Positions 1 through 12,559 of a stretch of 64,000 bases of DNA are shown here, in pieces. Made by a program: the position numbers and the translations under genes. Positions within the stretch are counted from its first letter, which is position 1; each line of letters opens with the position of its first letter. Source of the DNA: Octopus vulgaris (taxonomy: Eukaryota); NCBI GenBank assembly GCA_951406725.2, contig OX597817.1:114080001-114144000 (forward strand). The letters run 5' to 3'. The notes beneath the pieces are model-generated. The model had not been told where the DNA came from. It searched no databases and saw nothing but the letters and a program-made list of their open reading frames with translations.

Positions 1-431
1 TGGAGGCATTGGATAAATAATAAATATTGGTTATATGATGTCAGTATGGAAGTTATAAATCACATTATCATCAACTGTTTAGAAATGTCAGCCAGGTATT
101 GACTTCCTCTGAGGCATGAAATTATTGCAAGAATCATATGCAATAACTTTCATAGGACACACTGCCCTTGATGGATATCTAGAATATACCAATGATGTTT
201 AATGCATGTTTACTCTTTAAAACAAGGAACATCAGTGCAAATGATGTTCTAGCCATGATTATATATGCATTGAGAGTTGTGCACTGTGATCACTTTGAGC
301 CTTTTGGATTTAACAATGTTCAGCTGTTAACAATAACCAGCTGAGAAAATTAAGCAAATAAAGAGTTTGGGAACAATTTCCAGTTGATAACATTATCTCT
401 GATTATAATAAGTGGCTTCTTCTGAAGTTGT

Positions 432-649
432 TTAACTTTTTAACATTTAAACCATCTATATTTGGCCCAAATAGTCTGCCCATTTTATAGTCAGACTGGC
501 CAAATCCTGCCTCTCACTACTACCCTACAGTGTCATTATAAAAATAAACAATCACATCATTGAAATCTTGAAACTACAAAATAATGTATGATTAATTCAA
601 AATGATGTGTGGTACATTTGAAAGAGTAAGCTGAATGCTTAAGAGTTAA
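432..649 (+). mobile_element. piggyBac-type MITE, family P1 (degenerate)
   Basis: TTAA at both ends (432-435, 646-649). Ends ttaactttttaacattt ... gaatgcttaagagttaa are decayed versions of the TTAACCCTTTAGCATT TIR. Internal sequence (aaaataaacaatcacatca...) is shared with 11718-11938. Confidence 0.7.
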
Positions 650-931
650 ATCACGAATCAAATTAATCAGGTCAGCAATCAAAGCTGTTCAAGCCATGTC
701 CATCCCATCTCTTTCTTTTAGGTAAGCATTGTGTATAAAGGATTATATTATCCAATGTGTTCTTGGCTTGATGGAGATCCGGCTGTTATTTCTACCAGGT
801 TGAACAACGCTGTAGTAGCTCCCTCATTGGCTTGTTGGTTATCATTGTTTCAGTTGTGGTCACTCTACTGTACTAGTATATAAGATTCATGCAGTTCTCA
901 GTTTTACTATAATGCAGATGTTAAAGATATA

Positions 932-1094
932 GGCACAGGAGTGGCTGTGTGGGGTAAGTAGCTTGCTTACCAACCACATGATTCCGGGTTCAGTCCCACT
1001 GCGTGGCACTTTGGGCAAGTGTCTTCCACTATAGCCTCGGGCCGACCAAAGCCTTGTGAGTGGATTTGGCGGGTGGAAACTGAAAGCAGCCCGT

Positions 1095-1178
<84 letters not shown>

Positions 1179-1371
1179 TCCCCACCAACATTGCTTGACA
1201 ACCGATGCTGGTGTGTTTACGTCCCCGTAACTTAGCAGTTCGGCAAAAGAGACCTATAGAATAAGTACTAGGCTTACAAAGAATAAGTCCTGGGGTCGAT
1301 TTGTTCGACTAAAGGTGGTGCTCCAGCATGGCTGCAGTCAAATGACTGAAACAAATAAAAGAGTAAAACAG
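932..1371 (+). mobile_element. tRNA-derived SINE family A, full length with internal (TA)n(TG)n tract
   Basis: Head ggcacaggagtggctgtgtgg...ccgggttcagtccc (A/B-box-like), body ttgggcaagtgtctt...gccttgtgagtggattt, internal microsatellite, tail ccagcatggctgcagtcaaatgactgaaacaa. More than 10 copies in the window. Confidence 0.9.
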
Positions 1372-1824
1372 TAAGTCTTGACTCCTATACTGACTCCCAG
1401 ATTGCTCAAGTATATGGAAACACCCTTATTAGCTTGTTCCATTTATAAGTTTATTTTGCATTGCTTTACTAATTTTAAAGGTTAAATATTACAACTGACC
1501 TATGCAAATCTGGTCCTTTAGAAGTGAGTGAGTGATGGGTCTTATTAAAAAGAAATGTTTTGCTTCCACTTGCAAAAATGAAATAGGAGTGAAGGAAGTT
1601 GTTATGAGCAGTGATGGCTATGATGGAGATGTTTTTTTAAGGATTTTATTGAACCTCAACAAAGAACATTAATGGAACATTCCAGCAAAAGTTTCCATCA
1701 TCCTTATTAACTAACATTCTCTGAACTAAAGGACAAAAAAGCATTGTGTTACTTTTAGCTGCCAAGTTGATGTCAGTATGTTATTGATAGTTATTTCTTA
1801 TGCATTGGTGCAAACCCTCAAACT

Positions 1825-2710
1825 TATGAGGTGTGTCAGAAAAGAAACAGGACTGGGGTTACAAAAAATTTGTCAAGTCCAAATTACAAACTACAAGTTT
1901 TTCCCTTTGAAATAATTCTCGTTGAGTCTTATGCACTTTCCATCCTTTGCCATCACACCTCCATGCACTCCTGGAGGTTTTCTCCCAGGATTCTCTGTAA
2001 CTTTGTTGTTACAGTCCTCTTGATGGCTTCCACACCAGGAAAATGGGTCCCCAAGGAAAAAAATCACATGGTGCCTAGTTGGGTGAGTAAGGAGGTTGCT
2101 TCCAGCACAGCAATGTTCTTCTCAGCGGGGATCTGCCGAATGCAGGGCAAGCAAGAAACTCCAGGCTGGTATGTTACTCCTTGTCCATCACTTGATGGCC
2201 TAAAATTGAGGAGCTGTTAACAAAAGCATGTGCAAAAACATGCTATAGCTGCAAAGAGCTGAGATTGCTGTTATATACTCCCTGGATATTACCTCCCATG
2301 ATGACACAGCCTACTAATCTCTACACTACTCATAGCTTGTTTTTTTTTTTTTTTGTTTGTTCCTTCTTGAGCCATGCCTGGCACATAAGGGTCGGCTTCC
2401 TGGTTTTCCTGGTGTATAGGTTCCCCACCTGGATGGGACGCCGGTCTGTCGCAGGTGAGCTGCTAGATGCAGGAGGAAAGAGTGAGAGAAAGTTGTGGCG
2501 AAAGAGTCTGCAGAAGTTCGCCATTACCTTCTCCCGGAGCCGTGTGGATCTTAGGTGTTTTGCTTATAAACACACATCGCCCAGTCTGAGATTCAAACCT
2601 GCGACCCCTCAACCACGAGTCCGTTGCTCTAACCACTAGGCCATGTGCCTCCAATGGCTTGCACAACACGCTAAACATTAAATCCTCTTACTTTTCTGAC
2701 ACACTTCGTA
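1825..2710 (-). mobile_element. internally deleted mariner element with both TIRs, interrupted by a SINE
   Basis: Left TA-tgaggtgtgtcagaaaagaaacaggact and right aatcctcttacttttctgacacacttcg-TA are ~28-bp imperfect inverted repeats with TA flanks. The minus strand at ~1880-2127 gives a frameshifted AEKNIAVLE..PPYSP.(LA)PCDFF...EAIKRTVTTKLQRI...MEKCIRLNENYFKG, i.e. the mariner YSPDLAPCD C-terminus. Confidence 0.88.
2340..2652 (-). mobile_element. tRNA-derived SINE family B inserted in the mariner
   Basis: Reverse complement starts ggaggcacatggcctagtggttagagc...ggtttgaatct (A/B boxes) and matches the copy at 10823-11115. A-rich tail; probable TSD atagcttg (2332-2339) / atggcttg (2654-2661). Confidence 0.88.
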
Positions 2711-3202
2711 TATTGGAAGAAAAATTTAATTCTATGGCATATATGAGTGGTTAATGATACAGCAATTCACATCAAGTGAAATGACTGAAAATAAGAAACA
2801 AAACAAAAAATCTGCATACTGTGCATTCAGATAACCAAAGTTCATTTCTGCTCTAGTGCAAAAAAGAAAGAGAACATTTATAGTTTTCGGATGCAGAACT
2901 TGATCGTTTTGTACACATCTAGATTTAATTTTATAATTATCCTATAACTATTTGTGCACAAATTGTCTCCACAGCAACTTTTAAAATATTGAGAGAGAAA
3001 ATAGAAACAAGTTTCTTCCATTGAAATCAGCAAAGTCGTAAAAATATACAAAGTTTACCAGAATATCCATATTTACTTTATCGGATTATTGCCTGAATAC
3101 CAACAAAAGAATCTTATCACTTAGTTACAGTCTGGCTTTTGGTTTCTTGTATCAACTTACAAAGCAAAAGACAATGAAATAAAGAAGAGGCATTTATAAA
3201 GG

Positions 3203-3224
3203 TGTGTGTATGTATGTATGTATG

Positions 3225-3281
<57 letters not shown>

Positions 3282-3290
3282 ATAGATGCT

Positions 3291-3334
<44 letters not shown>

Positions 3335-3362
3335 ATGTATATAGATGCTTGTATATATATGC

Positions 3363-3397
<35 letters not shown>

Positions 3398-3575
3398 GTA
3401 TGTATGTACAAATTATATATGTTGTATGTCTAAGTTATATATGTATATGCTATGCATTTTATATATGTGTGTATTAAATTATGTGTACATATGTTTGTAA
3501 GTGTGAATATATATCTGTGTATGTGAGAGTATACACACACACATATATATATACATGCACACACACACACACACA
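3203..3575. repeat. compound (TA)n/(TATG)n/(CA)n microsatellite
   Basis: Directly visible simple repeats. Similar tracts lie at 3895-4215, 48530-49180, 50695-51270, 57970-58145 and 63545-63620. Confidence 0.95.
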
Positions 3576-3589
3576 TATTCTTTTATTCT

Positions 3590-3893
3590 TTTTTTGTTTC
3601 AATCCTTTGACTGTGGCCATGCTGGAGCACTGTCTTTTAGTCAAAGAAATTGACCCCAGGACTTATTCTTTGTAAGACTAGTACTTATTCTATCGGTCTC
3701 TTTTGCCAAACCACTAAGTTACGAAGACATAAGCACACCAACATCAGTCATCAAACAATGGTGGAAGAACAAACACAGACACACAGACATATATATATAT
3801 ATATATGTATGACAGGCTTCTTTCAATTTCTGTCTACCAAATCCAATCACAAGGCTTTGGTCAGCCTGAGGTTATAGTAGAAGACACTTGCCC
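3590..3893 (-). mobile_element. SINE family A, head-truncated
   Basis: Reverse-complement match to the body and tail of 932-1371; stops at agacacttgccc. Confidence 0.85.
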
Positions 3894-4111
3894 ATATATA
3901 TATATGTATATGCATATGCATACACACACACACACACATGCACACACACACACACACACACACTCATTCAAAAGTCCTTTCTATATCTATGATTTTACAT
4001 GCAAAAAAAGCAACTAAAACAAAACATCAAATACCCAATATATGTATAGAAATATATATATATATATATATATATGTATATGTACACACAAATATATATA
4101 TATATATGTAT

Positions 4112-4197
<86 letters not shown>

Positions 4198-4397
4198 ATA
4201 TATATATATATATGCTCACACATGTATTTAGTGCACATCAAAAGAGAGCATTCTAAAACAAACTTTGTCCATGACAAGATTTGAAATCTCAGCTGCAACT
4301 ACTTCACTTAAATGATTAGTGCTTTGCTGAAAGGCACCAGCTTCATCACTTTATATATTCTAATCTATATAACTAAAGTACAAGATACATATACATA

Positions 4398-4917
4398 GGT
4401 GCAGGAGTGGCTGTGTGGTAAGTAGCTTGCTTACCAACCACATGGTTCTGGGTTCAGCCCCACTGCATGGAACCTTGGGCAAGTGTCTTCTATTATGGCC
4501 TCAGGCTGACCAAAGCCTTGTGAATGGATTTGGTAGTCAGAAACTGAAAGAAGCCTGTCGTGTGTGCATGTGTGTGTGTGTGTGTGTGTGTGTGTTTGTC
4601 CCCCCCAACATTGCTTGAGAACCAGTGCTAGTGTGTTTACGTCCCCATAACCTAGCAGTTCAGCAAAAGTTATTGATAGAATAAATACTAGACTTTAAAA
4701 GAATAAGTCCTGGGGTTGATTTGCTTGACTGATGTGTGTATTTGTGTGTTTGTATTTGTTCCTCCCGTTGCTTGACAACTGGTCTTAGTTTCTTTAGATC
4801 AGCAAAAGAGACGAATAGACTTAAAAATGTAGTAAGTTTTGGGGTTACTAAGCTTTCAAGGCAGTGCCCCAGCATGGCTGCAGTTCAATGACTGAAAGAA
4901 GTGAAATGAATAAAAGA
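4398..4917 (+). mobile_element. SINE family A
   Basis: Head ggtgcaggagtggctgtgtggtaagtagc, internal (TG)n, partially duplicated tail ending gactgaaagaagtgaaatgaataaaag. Confidence 0.88.
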
Positions 4918-5440
4918 TATAATCATTGTTGTATCTTTTGTACCTGAATAAATTAGAGAAATTGAACATGACAGGAAAAAAAAATAACAAAAAAGCAAAA
5001 TAAATAAACAAAACCAAAACTAAACAACAAACCAAAAAAAAAAGAAAAAGAAAAAATGCCCAAAATGCAACAAAAGTGAAATTTCATTTTCTCATAAATT
5101 TGTTTTATTTTTCCTCTTTGTTGGCATCGAACAGCTATATGTTTTATGGTCAGTTGAAAATGCAAAAACTTTTGGTTTGTTCAACATTGTATCATAATAA
5201 ATTGTCTTGCCTCTGAAACTGTGACGGAAAATTATCTTATGTTTCTTCTTCCATGTACACCTAGTACACATTGCCAAGAACAATTTTTTCTGTTCTAATT
5301 CCGCTGAATTCTATATATTTCTATATTTCTGACATGGTGATATTCAAATGAAACTGTTTAACTACCTTATCTTGTGTGAATTTATAACACCCACCACAAA
5401 TTTCTTGCTTTGTATTAATGTTCTTCATTATAATAAACAT

Positions 5441-5880
5441 CATTGTTTAGCATCCATTTTCCATGCTGGCATAGGTTAGACTGTTTTATTGGGACCGGTA
5501 AACCAGAGAGCTGTACAAATCTCCAGTCTGATTTGGCTTGGTTTCTATGGCTAGATGGCCTTCTCAACACCAACCACTCTAAGAGTGGTTCTACATGTCA
5601 CTGGCATGGGTCCCTTTTATGTATCATCAGCACTGGCCATGATTACAATTTCACTTACCTTGATGTGTCTTCTCAAGCACAGCAAATTGCCAAAGGTCTC
5701 GGTCACTTGCCATTGCCTCTTTGAGATTCAACAACTGAAGCTCATGCTTCACCACTTGTCCCATATCTTCCTGGATCCACAGTTTCCCTCCACAGTTAGA
5801 GCTCGGTACTTCTTTACACAGTTGTTCTTGTTCATATGCATCACATGACCACACCAGTGCAGACTTCTCTCTTGCACACT
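5441..5880 (-). mobile_element. RTE-type LINE 3' fragment
   Basis: The minus strand at ~5745-5880 reads VQERSLHWCGHVMHMNKNNCVKKYRALTVEG.., the RLRWYGHVxRM motif typical of RTE-like ORF2 C-termini. It continues into the 3' tail shared by many copies here. Confidence 0.8.
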
Positions 5881-6098
5881 TCTGAAATGTTAGGAATGAT
5901 TAATTTCATTGGATGGCAGAACTGTTAAAATGTTGTACAAAATGTCCTGTAGTATTTACTTACTGTTCTGTTCTGAGTTCATATCCTACCGAGGTTGGCT
6001 TTGTCTTGTATCACTCTAACTCTTGACAAAATAAGAACCTATCTTTTCTTTTTCATTTGTTTTGGTCATTGTGCTGTGGTCGTCATCGTAGTTGTTAT

Positions 6099-6318
6099 GG
6101 CAGCGAGCTGGCAGAATTTTTAGCACACTAGACAAAATGCTTAGCAGTATTTCATCTGTGCTTATGTTGAGTTCAAACTCAGCTGAGGTCAGCTTTGCCT
6201 TTCATCCTTTTGGGGTTGATAAAATAGGTACCAGTTGACTACTGAGGTTGATGTAATCAGCTAATCACCGCCCTTAAAAATATCAGGCCTTGTACCTATA
6301 GTAGAAAGGATTATTATT
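6099..6318 (+). mobile_element. tRNA-derived SINE family M
   Basis: ggcagcgagctggcagaa...gagttcaaa...ctttgcctttcatccttttggggttgataaaataggtaccag. The central domain resembles, from memory, the Meta-type SINE domain. A second partial copy lies at 6722-6915. Confidence 0.85.
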
Positions 6319-6334
6319 CTTATTTTTCTTAACG

Positions 6335-6550
6335 TGGGTGCTGGTGTCACGTAAAAAGCACATATTCCAGTGTCACATAAAAGCACCTAGTACACTCTGT
6401 AAAGTGGTTGGCATTAGGAAGGGCATCAAGCCATAGAAACCATGCCAAAACAGACATGGTGCCTGGACAGCTCCTCTGTTGGCCAGCTCCTGTCAAACCA
6501 TCCAGCTCATGCCAACATGGAAAAGAGATGTTAAAGGATGATGATGATAA
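6335..6550 (+). mobile_element. RTE-tail repeat (family R)
   Basis: gtggttggcattaggaagggcatc...agaaacc...catggaaaagagatgttaaa(gat)n, the same tail as the RTE fragment at 5441-5880. Confidence 0.75.
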
Positions 6551-6916
6551 TAATGGTGTTTTGCTGGAATTCCTGGAGAACCTGCTATTTGCAGCCTATA
6601 GTATCATGTTATCTGTTCTTTTCATCTCTCTAATATTTTTCTAATGATTCTGGCTGTGCCAAGGAGGCAAACGTTTTGTAACAATTCTACTGGGCACTCT
6701 ATTCTTATTATTATAACATGCAGGACAAAATGCTCAGTGGCATTTCGTCCCTCTTTACATCCCAGGTTCAAATTCTGCTAAGGTCATCTTTGCTTTTCAT
6801 CCTTTCTGTGTCGATGAAATAAGTACCAGTTGAGGACTGTGGTTGATGTAATCGATTATCCCCTTCCTCCAAAGTTCCAGGCCTTGTGCTTAGAGTAGAA
6901 AGGATTATTATTATTA

Positions 6917-7306
6917 CTAGCAGTATCGCCTGGTTTGCTCAGGTTTGTTTCGACCCTTTAGAATTGGAATTTTTGAAAAGTAAAAATTTTGCATTATGTA
7001 GCTTGTTATTCTCTTTAAGTGAACATTTTTCTGGTTGAAATACACTGAAAAATGGCGACACAGCAGTCAAAAAATTGTAAAAAATAGGGATTTTCATAGA
7101 AAAAAAGCACCTTTTGATGTAAATAATTTTTGCTTTTAACATGGTCCGATTTGAATTTTTTCTTCTACAGAAGGAAGAGCGAGCCTTCTTCTATCATACT
7201 CTCAACTTTAGTCAACTTGCGCTTCAGGGTCTCGGAGGAGATAGTGTTAGTTGAAGGCTACCAAACCTGCCATACACTGACAACTTCAGCTTTATATATA
7301 TAGAGA
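6917..7306 (-). mobile_element. non-autonomous Helitron
   Basis: On the minus strand: 5' A|TCtctatatatataaagctgaag..., 3' end cctgagcaaaccagg (decayed hairpin) followed by ...ctgCTAG|T. This gives TC...CTAG termini at an A-T site with no TSD. Confidence 0.8.
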
Positions 7307-8004
7307 TTTACTTTTATACTTTTACAGTGAGTTCAATTTGCGGACCAAGCTGTGTGTTGTGTTCTTGAGCAAGACACTTTATTTCACATTGCTCAAGTTC
7401 AATCAGCTGTAGAAATGAGTTGCAACATCACTGGTGTCAAGCTGTATTGGTCTTTGCCTTTCCTTTGGATAACATCGGTGGCATGGAGTGTGGAGGCTGG
7501 TATGCATGGACAACTGCTGGTCTTAAACAAGCTTGCTTGGACTTGTACCTTGGAGGGAAACTTTCTATGTGCAATCACATAGTCATTCATGACTGGAGGG
7601 GTTCTTTACTCTTTATCTTTTACTAGTTTCTAACCGGCATGCTGGGGCAAAATGGTAGAATAAATACCAGTCATATATACAAGTATTGATTCAATCCATA
7701 CTATATCACTTTCCACAACAAATTCGTGGCTCTTTGCTAATCTGAGAGATCACTATTAATTGTAAGATTAATCAAAATGTAGTTTTTTCTTCCTTCTTTC
7801 TTTCCTTCCTTTTCTTTCTTTCTTTCTTTTTTCCATTCTACTACTTTAACCAAAATTTACTTTAATAGGTACCCTGGGGAGAGGTGGAGGCAAAGGGGAA
7901 GGAGAAGAGGGGAAAGTGAATTTTTTTTAGAATAGTTTTTTTATATTCTCATGACTGAAGGTGTTTTATGCTTAATTAAAAATGATTACTATGGTTATGC
8001 TTAT

Positions 8005-8350
8005 TCTCATCATCAATCATCACCACCACCACCACCACCACCATCATCATCATCATTGTCACCACCACCATCATCACCATCATCACTCTCATTATTGTTA
8101 TCATCACCATCATCATCATGATCGTCATCATTGTCACCATCACCAACACCATCCTCATCACCGTCATTGTTGTCAATCATCATCACCGCCACTACCACCA
8201 CAAACACCGTCATCACTATCACCAGCAGCGGCACCAGCAGCAGCATCATCATCACCACCACCACTGCCACTACAACCAGCACCAGCAGCAGCACCACCAC
8301 CATCATCATCAACATCATTATCATCATCATCATCAACACCACCACCACTG
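8005..8350. repeat. (CAT/CAC/CAG)n trinucleotide low-complexity tract
   Basis: Degenerate trinucleotide repeats. A comparable (GGT/GAT)n tract lies at 49920-50555. Confidence 0.9.
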
Positions 8351-8614
8351 TCGAGGCTTTCAGCTATGGTAGTAGTAATAGTATCAGCTAGTAATCAAAA
8401 CTTTTTTTTTGTTACTTTCTTGACCTAATTAAACTAATTTACTTTAAAAGTTTGCTAACCAGTTCACTCAGATCAAAGAGGTAAAAAAGAAGTATATAGC
8501 ATGAAAAAAAAAATAATAAAAACCTGCACACCTCCACTTCCTTCCCACCATAACAATTATTCTCATTTCAGGGAATTAATTAATTAATGTCTTAACAAAA
8601 AGAATTTGTAGCAG

Positions 8615-9600
8615 TCACATACCTCCACACTTACATACAGAGAGAGAACACACACATCTACACACATACAGAGAACAACAAATACATATAGAGAACACAC
8701 TGTAGATACATACACATACAGAATATGCCAATTATTCACACATATGCACACATAACATTCACAACACACATACAGATACAGATATACACTACACATACAC
8801 ACATAATACACCATTTACAAACACATATACACAAGGATAGCACACAACACACACAGACATACACCACACATACAGTACAACACTACAAACACACACACAC
8901 AGAACAACACACACATACAGAACACACTATACATACATACACACAGAATACGCCATTTACACACACACACACATACACATGCATAACACACAGCACACAC
9001 AGACATACACCACACATACAGTACAACACTACAAACACGCACACCCACACACACAGAACAACGCACACATACAGAACACACTATACATACATACACACAG
9101 AATATGCCATTTACACACACACAGACATACACCACACATACAGTACAACACCACAAACACATACACACAGAACAACACACACATACAGAATGCACTATAC
9201 ATACGTACACACAGAATATGCCATTTACACACACACATACACATGCATAACACACAGCACACACAGACATACACCACACATACACTACAACACTACAAAC
9301 ACACACACACACACACACAGAGTACAACGCACACATACAGAACACACTATACATACATACACACAGAATATGCCATTTACACACACATACCCATGCATAA
9401 CACACGACATATACAGACATACACCACACATACACATACAGTACAACACTACAAACACACACAGAGAACAACACACACATACAGAATGCACTATACATAC
9501 ATACACACAGAATATGCCAATTATGCACACACACAAACACATAGCACAAACACACACACACACACAGCATATGCCACACAGAGACTAATGCAGAAATACA
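8615..9600. repeat. CA-rich higher-order tandem repeat (~115-155 bp units)
   Basis: Anchor cagaata(t/c)gcc recurs at ~8719, 8944, 9098, 9212, 9364 and 9508, with shared blocks acagacatacaccacacatacagtacaa and cactatacatacatac. Confidence 0.85.
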
Positions 9601-9969
9601 CCACACATACATATACTCACAGAACATACAAATGCATGCATATGCAAACATACACATACGCATACACACATTTGTGCAGAACACATCACCATACCGCACA
9701 CAATCACCACCAATACTACGCACACACACACACACATACACACCACCACCACCATCACCACCTATCCCATATACCATGTGCATACTGAACAATCACATAC
9801 ACGCATGCACATGAAACATACATACACAGTCACATGCATACACACACACACACACACACAAAACACACAGGTTTCACATATGCTCACATAAAATACACTG
9901 TATATACATACATTCATGCTCATAAATTACACACCACACACACACACACATGCACACACACACACACAT

Positions 9970-10031
<62 letters not shown>

Positions 10032-10536
10032 ATGGAATTTAAAATTCAATACTAGTCACACCAAACAATTCGGTAAATGAATATGTTAAGAAATTTGCTG
10101 ACTATTTAATTTTCATCTTCGGGGTCAGCAAAATAAAGTTTGAGTCAAGTATCAAGTACTGGGCAAGTGAGTGGGAGTGGTCGATATAATCAAATTGTTA
10201 TGCACCCATCTACCCATTCATCCACCAAATTAGTTTTGGTCTTGTGCTTATTCTTTATTTCTCTTGATTTTGTTCCAGTCTGTCATTGTATTGCAACAAT
10301 GCTAGGGCAGCTGCCTAGATGAGTTTTATTCTTTTTTTCATTCTTTCTAGTCTGTGGCCTTCTTGCTAGAGCACCATCTTCCATCTTAAAGGGTTTTTTT
10401 AGCCAAAAAAATTGATCCCTGGACTTATTCTTTGTAAGCCTAGTACTTATTCTATTGGTATCTCTTACCAGTCCGTAAGCTATGGGGAAGTAAACACACC
10501 AGCATTGGTTGTCAATCGATGGGGGAGGGACAGACA

Positions 10537-10770
10537 GGCGGCGAGCTGGTAGAAACATTAGCACGCCGGGTGAAATGCGTAGCCGTATTTCGTCTGCCGT
10601 TACGTTCTGAGTTCAAATTCCGCCGAGGTCGACTTTGCCTTTCATCCTTTCGGGGTCAATAAATTAAGTACCAGTTACGCACTGGGGTCGATGTAATCGA
10701 TTTATTCCGTTTGTCTGTTCTTGTTTGTCCCCTCTGTGTTTAGCCCCTTGTGGGTAGTAAAGAAATAGGT
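10537..10770 (+). mobile_element. young SINE family M with 13-bp TSD
   Basis: CpG-rich full-length copy flanked by ggagggacagaca at 10524-10536 and 10771-10783. Confidence 0.93.
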
Positions 10771-10822
10771 GGAGGGACAGACACATACACACATACATAT
10801 GTATGTATGTATGTATGTATGT

Positions 10823-11115
10823 GGAGGCACATGGCCTAGTGGTTAGAGCAGCGGACTCGTGGTCGAGAGATTGCGGGTTCGAATCTCAGACCGGACAATG
10901 TGTGTGTGTTTATGAGTGAAACACCTAAGCTCCACACGGCTCCGGCAGAAGGTAATGGCAAACTTCTGCTGACTCTTTTGCCACAACTTTCTCTCACTCT
11001 TTCCTCCTGCATCTTGCAGCTCACCTGCGATGGACCAGTGTCCCATCCAGGTGGGGAACCTATATGCCAAGGAAATCAGGAAACCAGCCCTATGAGCCAG
11101 GCAAGGGAACAAACA
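10823..11115 (+). mobile_element. SINE family B
   Basis: tRNA-like head tggcctagtggttagagc...gggttcgaatc; homologous to 2340-2652; sits in the host SINE's (TATG)n tract. Confidence 0.9.
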
Positions 11116-11509
11116 TGATGTATATATATTTATATATACGATGGGATTCTTTCAGTTTCTGTCTACCAAATACACTCAAAAAGCTTTGATCAGCCTGAGG
11201 TTATAGTAGAAGACACTTGTCCAAGGTGCCACACAGTGGGACTGATCCCGGAACCATGTGGTTGGGAAGCAAGCTTCTTACCACACAGCCACATCTTAGT
11301 TGATCAAATGGATGTTGGTACTTATTTCAAAAGTCTGAGTCTTCTTCTCTCAGCCTCTTTTGGCTGAATTGGTATTTTACAGGAATGTAAGCTCATCAAT
11401 GATCTAGTTGGCAGAATCATTAATGTGTCGGACAAAATGCTTAGAAGCATTTCTTCCAACTTCTTACACTATAAGTTCAAATCCTAGCGAGGTTGACTTT
11501 GCCTTTAGT

Positions 11510-12048
11510 GAAGGCACATGGCTTCATGGTTAGGAGTATTTGGCTCATAATCATAAGGTTGTGAGTTATATTCCTGGGGGTGTGTTGTGTCCTTGGGCAA
11601 AACATTTTATTTCACATTACCCTATTCCACTTATCTGGCAAAAATGACTTGTACCTGCAATTCAAAGGACCAGCCTTGTCACATTCTGTGTCATGCTGAA
11701 TCTCCTTGAGAACTATGTTAACCCTTTGGCATTTAAACTGGCCATATCTGGCCAAAATAATCTCCCTGTTTTATCTTCAAATCAGACGGATCTGGCCTCT
11801 CACACTTCCCCTACAATATTATTGTAAAAATAAACAATCACATCACTGAAATATCAAAGCTACAGGGTAATGCATGACTTATTCAAAACAATGAGAATAA
11901 AAAAAGATTACATTTGACAGAAACCTGAATGCTAAAGGTATGCATGTCTGTGGAATTCTCAGCCACTTGTGCATTAATTTCATGAGCAGGCTGTTCTGTT
12001 GATGAGATCAACTGGGACCCTCATTGTCCTAACCAATAGAATGCCAGT
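11510..12048 (+). mobile_element. SINE family C (long form), interrupted by a MITE
   Basis: Head gaaggcacatggcttcatggttagg; body gtgtccttgggcaaaacatt...ctggcaaaaatga; tail ctcagccacttgtgcattaatttc matching 34460-34570. Confidence 0.78.
11718..11938 (+). mobile_element. piggyBac-type MITE family P1
   Basis: TTAA-ccctttggcattt ... gaatgctaaagg ends, inserted at the TTAA of the host SINE; homologous to 432-649. Confidence 0.8.
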
Positions 12049-12559
12049 TTAAACATAACAGCTGGTTGTAACCCATGAAAGACTAACACAAACACAATCA
12101 CACACATATATGCATTTGGAGATATATATTACAGGCTTCCACACTATTTTCATTTACCAAATTACCTCACAAGGCATCGGTCAACCTGGGACTACAGTAG
12201 AAGCCCAAGATGTCACACACTGGGACTGAACCCAAGACCATATGGTTGTGAAGGGAATCTACTAATCACACAACCATGCCTGCATCTATATTAGAAAGTA
12301 AAATCAGTGTCGGATTGGCAGAATCCTTAGAATTTCCATTAAAATGCCTTGTGACATTTGTCCTGTCTCTTTTTATTCCAAGTTCAATTTCTGCTGAGGC
12401 CAGTTTTGTCTTTCGTCCTTGTGAGGTTGATAAAATAAGATAGCAGTCAAGTAAATGGTGGTAGGTTTCCAATAACTGATGTGGTGGCACAGCAATTGGA
12501 GTGACATCTTGGTTGAAATAACAAGAATGAACACAGGTGCTGCACGAAGTAGAATTAAG

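Larger units (their letters stand above)
10330..11295 (-). mobile_element. SINE family A hosting two nested SINEs
   Basis: Tail half at 10330-10536 and head half at 11135-11295, separated by SINE M and SINE B insertions. Confidence 0.8.

Noticed and set aside
1831-2220. 129-aa plus-strand ORF
   Set aside because: It is the antisense frame of a decayed mariner transposase.
7976-8428. His-rich, Met/Val-rich and Asp/Gly-rich ORFs
   Set aside because: Several frames on both strands are open because of (CAT/CAC)n repeats; no domain or splice context.
8615-9600. CRISPR-like repeat-spacer appearance
   Set aside because: Eukaryotic context, spacers are homologous CA-rich sequence, irregular period, no cas genes.
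8725-9792. Longest ORFs in the window (269-325 aa, HT/CV-rich)
   Set aside because: Translation of a CA-rich tandem repeat that lacks stop codons by composition.
10823-10900. tRNA gene (also the heads at 2580-2652, 34180-34250 and 55000-55068)
   Set aside because: A/B boxes are present but there is no complete cloverleaf, and each continues into a multi-copy SINE body.
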